Below are positions 6,638 to 7,705 of a DNA stretch of 7,705 bases, piece by piece (position 1 is the stretch's first letter; each line of letters starts with the position of its first letter). The notes beneath the pieces were generated by a model that searched no databases, had not been told where the DNA came from, and saw only the letters and a list, made by a program, of their open reading frames with translations. The position numbers were made by a program, and so were the translations under genes. The stretch covers positions 1-7,705 of the forward strand of contig NW_021828785.1 of NCBI RefSeq assembly GCF_006345805.1. Direction: 5' to 3'. The DNA comes from Octopus sinensis. Taxonomy: Eukaryota.

Positions 6638-6925
6638 GGGTCTCTTTCTAATGCATTTCTATCTTCATTTTTGCATTCTGAAGTTCCATCTGAACTTTGA
6701 GCCAAATCGAGCAAACTGACCTCTAGCATTTCGATAGGCTCGTGGAACAACTCAGGGACATTCCATTTAACAACGGCTACCTGTCTCTTGATTTTCCCGC
6801 TTTGCTGACCTCTTCGCCCAACGCCTTAGCTTCAAAAACTGGATCATTCATCACCCGTCTTCAGAAGGAACTGAAACTCGTCTTCTACTTCCAAACTTAC
6901 AAGTTATTTGGTCTAAATCTCACTT
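6638..6925 (+). pseudogene. Decayed GIY-YIG endonuclease coding remnant (Penelope-like element), copy 2
   Basis: One frame reads QIEQTDL*HFDRLVEQLRDI (6703-6762) ... RLQKELKLVFYFQTYKLFGLN (6856-6918). This matches the order and spacing of the PLE endonuclease motifs YIGQT..L.DRF.EHLRDI and R..KE..LIF.L.T..P.GLN as I recall them. In-frame stop at 6724. Confidence 0.7.
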
Positions 6926-7335
6926 TTCGTAACCTGTGTTTTTACCCCCACCTACTTTTCCAGTATTATTTTCTTCCATTCCCTTTGCCCCCTAAGTCCC
7001 AATCACATCCCCCACTCTCATTTCACCGCTCTCGACCACTCATATGTCGCTCCTCACTTGCCTCACATTTACACATACATGCACACCCTCAACACAAACA
7101 TATTTATTAGACTATTTTTCCTGAGCTATTGCACGGTGATCGCCATAAGCTTTAAATAACGACGAATGTTTGCAATACGTTCATGGACATAAAAACAAGG
7201 AACCTTTATTATTATTATTTACAGAATGACAAAATACGGCGCCGTATAACAAAATCATTCGCACCGAAAGCATATATTTATATTTATATATATATCAAAC
7301 AAATAAGATGAAGGAAGAGTTCAGTACATCTTTAT

Positions 7336-7451
7336 TACTAGTCACAATTGTTTCGGTCCCACTCTATCGCTAACCCATTGGACACTTATGATTTCTTGTG
7401 AAACGTTACGTAATATTTGCGGCTTTACACACTAAGGTTACACTTCATCAG
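7336..7451 (-). mobile_element. Degenerate hammerhead-like / Penelope pLTR-like motif
   Basis: Minus strand has CTGATGA-AG (7451-7443), then C-GAAA (7355-7351), palindrome ACAATTGT (7351-7344) and AATAAA (7336-7331). Position 17 is G, and stems I and II do not pair well. Confidence 0.45.
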
Positions 7452-7705
7452 ATTTATATCAAAAGGAGCGCTCTTACATTGGGCAACGGTCAAATGTTTA
7501 ATATATCTTACAAAGGGAGGAAACAATGAATATAAAATAAGAATAAAATGGTGAAATGGCGGCAAAGACCAAGTCAAAAGTAATACTAAGTATGATAAAT
7601 GTAGACTATAGGAAAACTGTGAAGAGTTGAGAGAATGAGAAGTTATTTTTATTTTATTCTTATCCTTACTTCATTCTCGTTTGTTTTTGCTGTTAGACTA
7701 GTGGC

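Noticed and set aside
6340-6960. E/K/D-rich reading frames on the minus strand
   Set aside because: Short, stop-interrupted and motif-free. The + strand GIY-YIG reading explains the region better.
7222-7278. Possible + strand hammerhead remnant (CAGAATGA ... CCGAAAGCATAT) downstream of the endonuclease
   Set aside because: The CUGANGA core is absent, and there is no stem III palindrome or UH site.

Overview
Non-coding eukaryotic DNA, with no intact protein-coding gene visible. The window is a mosaic of microsatellites and transposon debris. The tRNA-headed SINE families and repeat density look like an octopus/coleoid cephalopod genome (inferred from remembered repeat sequences, not checked against a database). 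Most ORFs in the supplied track are translations of microsatellites or SINEs; the exceptions are the ORFs at 6301 and 6742, which carry decayed endonuclease motifs. Main structures: (1) two non-autonomous Helitrons tail-to-tail (2524-2917 +, 3076-3462 -), forming a ~940-bp inverted repeat, with different central modules; (2) a type I hammerhead ribozyme motif with a complete catalytic core and palindromic stem III (5140-5220 +); (3) two tandem, decayed GIY-YIG endonuclease coding remnants of Penelope-like type (6340-6620 and 6638-6925 +); (4) a second, degenerate hammerhead/pLTR-like motif on the opposite strand (7336-7451 -); (5) several SINEs, including a young copy with a perfect 14-bp target-site duplication (1523-1755 -).
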